This document shows, in pieces, positions 61,358-64,000 of a stretch of 64,000 nt of DNA. The translations under genes and the position numbers were made by a program. The DNA is taken from the NCBI GenBank assembly GCA_965213625.1, contig CBDBZU010000004.1, forward strand, positions 1,120,001 through 1,184,000, given 5' to 3'. The notes beneath the pieces were generated by a model, which was not told where the DNA came from, searched no databases, and saw nothing but the letters and a program-made list of their open reading frames with translations. Position 1 is the first letter of the stretch, and the number at the start of each line of letters is the position of its first letter. The stretch is from a bacterium (GTDB lineage Bacteria > UBA8248).

Positions 61358-63246
61358 ACAAGGGGGTCGATGCCTTGACTGATTACGCATATGCAGGAGA
61401 AATCCTCCGGGTCGATCTCTCGAGCGGGAAGACCTGGGCGGAGAAATTCGAAGTCGCCGACCGCAGAAAATGGGTGGGCGGCGCGGGTTTGGGCGCCAAG
61501 ATTTTGTGGGAGGAAGTACCGCCCGAGGTGGGTTGGGATCATCCCGAGAACCGCCTCGTGCTGGCCACGGGCCCTCTGGCGGGTCTGCCGGTTTGGGGGA
61601 CGGGAGGACTTACCGTGGTGACGCGGGGCGCGATGACCAACGGTGCGACCAACACCCAGGCGAACGGTTTTTTCGGCGCGAACATCAAGTATTGCGGCTA
61701 TGACGCCATCGTGTTTCAGGGAGAATCGCCCGATTGGGTATATCTCCATATACGGGATGACGGGGTGGAGCTTCGCGACGCCTCCGAGTTGTTGGGCAAG
61801 GACACCTGGGAGACGCAGCAATCGCTTGAAAAGACGCTGAATCTGAGCGGTCATAACCTGAGCGTGTACAGCATTGGGCCCGCGGGTGAGAATCTCGTGC
61901 GATTTGCCGCCATCCAGGGCGATTATGGCCACGTGGCGAGCAAGAACGGTTGCGGGACCGTCATGGGCAAGAAAAAGGTGAAGGCGGTGGCTATCGAGCG
62001 CGGAACTAAGGGAGTCGCCGCCGCCCATCCCAAAGCGCTCTTCGCGGCAGCAGACGATATTGCTCACAGCCTTCAGACCGATCCCTCCACTAAGGGGTTG
62101 TATCTGTACGGCACCTTGGGCGGCGTCCGAAACTTGCAAGGCATGGGGGCGCTCCCGATTCGCAACTACACGACGAACGTGTGGCCTGAGGAAATCGAAA
62201 CGAAGCAATGGGAGGCCAACGGCCTGCGCGAGGGTTTCGACCACCGGGGTCATCAGTGCAGCGCGTGCGGCATGCACCATTGCCATATGCAGGTCATCTC
62301 CTCCGGTCCTTACAAGGGACAGGTAGTGGATGAACCCGAGTATGAGGGCTGGTCGGGCGCGGGCTGGACGATTGGCGCCACGGACCCGCAGCAGGTCACC
62401 TGGATGAACACCCAGCTCGATCGCGCCTGCGTGGACGTGAACGAGTTCGGCTGGCTCTGCGGCTGGGTGATGGAGTGCCAGCAAAAGGGCTATATCACGG
62501 ATCAGGACTTGGGCTTCCGCCTCGAGTGGGGCGATATTGACGGGGCCAACAGATTGCTCGAAATGATATGCAAGCGTGAGGGCATAGGCGATCTTTTGGC
62601 AGAGGGAACGAAGCTTGCGGCGGAGAAACTCGGTGGAGAGGCTCAGGATTGCGCCATATACACGGAAGTCGGCAATTCTCCCAGAGGGCACGATCACCGC
62701 TCCCGGTGGGAGGAGATGATCGATACCTGCACGGGTTCGGGTGGAACGATGGATACGGCTCCCCCGGTGTTTCCGACGGATTACGGCCAGCCAGCTCGTG
62801 TGCACCCCCAGGACGCGGAGGCGGTGCCCAAGCACGTGGGCGGTCTCAGGGGACGTCGCGCGTATGAGGATTCCCTTGGGGCATGCGTGTTCACTACGCG
62901 CGCGCCGATGGACGTATTGTGCCGTTCCATTCAGGCGGCTACCGGATGGGACGTGGACAAGGATGAAGCGATGCAGACTGGCCGTCGCATCAACGCCTTG
63001 ATGCGTGCGTTTAATTTGCGTTGCGGCATCGGGCCAGAGGTCGAGAAACCATCCAAGCGATACGGTTCCACACCGGTAGATGGTCCGATCGCGGGCGTTT
63101 CGATCATGGATCAATGGGATAAAATGCTCGATATATGGTACGAGACGGCCGGCTACGACAGGGAGACGGGCCGTCCCAAGCCCGAGTTGTTACGTGAACT
63201 CGATCTGGAAGATGTCGCCGAGGCGCTATGGGGTGCGAACGTATAG
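61354..63246 (+). CDS. Tungsten-dependent aldehyde:ferredoxin oxidoreductase family protein
   Basis: ILRVDLS, IGPAGENLVRFA, CSACGMHHC, EPEYE. Confidence 0.93.
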   Translation: MNKGVDALTDYAYAGEILRVDLSSGKTWAEKFEVADRRKWVGGAGLGAKILWEEVPPEVGWDHPENRLVLATGPLAGLPVWGTGGLTVVTRGAMTNGATNTQANGFFGANIKYCGYDAIVFQGESPDWVYLHIRDDGVELRDASELLGKDTWETQQSLEKTLNLSGHNLSVYSIGPAGENLVRFAAIQGDYGHVASKNGCGTVMGKKKVKAVAIERGTKGVAAAHPKALFAAADDIAHSLQTDPSTKGLYLYGTLGGVRNLQGMGALPIRNYTTNVWPEEIETKQWEANGLREGFDHRGHQCSACGMHHCHMQVISSGPYKGQVVDEPEYEGWSGAGWTIGATDPQQVTWMNTQLDRACVDVNEFGWLCGWVMECQQKGYITDQDLGFRLEWGDIDGANRLLEMICKREGIGDLLAEGTKLAAEKLGGEAQDCAIYTEVGNSPRGHDHRSRWEEMIDTCTGSGGTMDTAPPVFPTDYGQPARVHPQDAEAVPKHVGGLRGRRAYEDSLGACVFTTRAPMDVLCRSIQAATGWDVDKDEAMQTGRRINALMRAFNLRCGIGPEVEKPSKRYGSTPVDGPIAGVSIMDQWDKMLDIWYETAGYDRETGRPKPELLRELDLEDVAEALWGANV

Positions 63247-63252
63247 CTCACC

Positions 63253-63600
63253 TTGGAGACAGGAGATGACGCCTTGAGCGAAACGAAAAGCGTCAAAGGT
63301 ATATGCGTCCGACTTGAGTTCATCTCCTGGGCGTCGACTTTCGTGGGTGGAGACGGTAACGAGCGCAAGTTTTTCGATGTGAAAGTTCCGGAAGGTGCCA
63401 CGCTTCGAGACGTCCTCAAAAAGATGAGCCGACGCTACAGACCCCTGGATGAGGCGCTTTGGCATAACGGCACTGGCGAGTTGGCCGAGCATCTCGAGAT
63501 TGCCGTAAACGATGCGCTCATGGGGATTCACCACACGCTCGATTCCGAGATGAAAGAGGGCGACCTCGTCCTCTTGATGGGGCAATACATGGGGGGATGA
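63253..63600 (+). CDS. MoaD/ThiS family sulfur carrier; start uncertain
   Basis: Ubiquitin-like size, C-terminal GG. Confidence 0.85.
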   Translation: METGDDALSETKSVKGICVRLEFISWASTFVGGDGNERKFFDVKVPEGATLRDVLKKMSRRYRPLDEALWHNGTGELAEHLEIAVNDALMGIHHTLDSEMKEGDLVLLMGQYMGG

Positions 63601-63649
63601 GAGGGCAGCGGAATCTGATAACGGCTCTGTTTTCCTGAAAATCTTCTCA

Positions 63650-63970
63650 TCAAAACGGATGATTCGGGTCGAGCATTCCTAAAAATTCAGCGCAGCGTTT
63701 CGCCTCGGCAGATTCTCCAATGGCGGCGGCGCATTGCGCCAAGCCGTGAATGGCGCGTAAAAACGGCTGATTGGCGGGGATTCCCCAGGGGATACGCCCG
63801 TCACCGCGCCAGCCCGAGGCGCGGGCCTTGTCCAGCCCCCTGTGGTAGGCGACCCGAAAATAGGCGTATGCGGTAATCGTCTCTTCGTTTGCAATCGCGA
63901 TTCGCCCCATGGCCACCCAGCCGGATAGGGCGTCCGGGTGGCTCGCCACGAGGCTTTGCAGATTCTCCAT
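63650..63970 (-). CDS. DUF3151-like protein (may extend past the window edge)
   Basis: AYAYFRVAYHRGLD...GWRG.G..PW...N..FLR. Confidence 0.7.
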   Translation of the reverse strand: MENLQSLVASHPDALSGWVAMGRIAIANEETITAYAYFRVAYHRGLDKARASGWRGDGRIPWGIPANQPFLRAIHGLAQCAAAIGESAEAKRCAEFLGMLDPNHPF

Positions 63971-64000
63971 GGATGGCCCGCGGTTTTCTTCGCTCGATAT

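Noticed and set aside
61105-63114. 669-aa antisense ORF over AOR
   Set aside because: Shadow of a well-supported gene

Overview
High-GC bacterial chromosomal window. A Nitrospinota/Tectomicrobia-like lineage is only a tentative impression. Positions 1-14.2 kb are accessory. They hold a probable HsdS remnant, a type IIG-like restriction-modification gene interrupted by one in-frame TAG, peptide ABC transporter genes and an intact IS1182-family element inserted into the loop of a palindromic repeat. They also hold a 299-bp MITE with the same IS1182-type ends that carries a copy of that target repeat, two toxin-antitoxin loci (the HicA gene also has an in-frame TAG) and dense clusters of several REP-like hairpin families. 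The remainder is mostly housekeeping: fba/fbp, MFS, a tctCBA cassette flanked by a duplicated MFS 3' end, tusA/bioD, a peptidoglycan-recycling neighbourhood (nagA, D-aminoacylase, anmK, slt, M20 hydrolases), tolQRAB-pal-cpoB, ligA, galU, two CNNM/CorC paralogues, DMT transporters and a tungsten aldehyde oxidoreductase operon. I saw no tRNA, rRNA or CRISPR array. All calls come from reading motifs by eye; no database searches were run.
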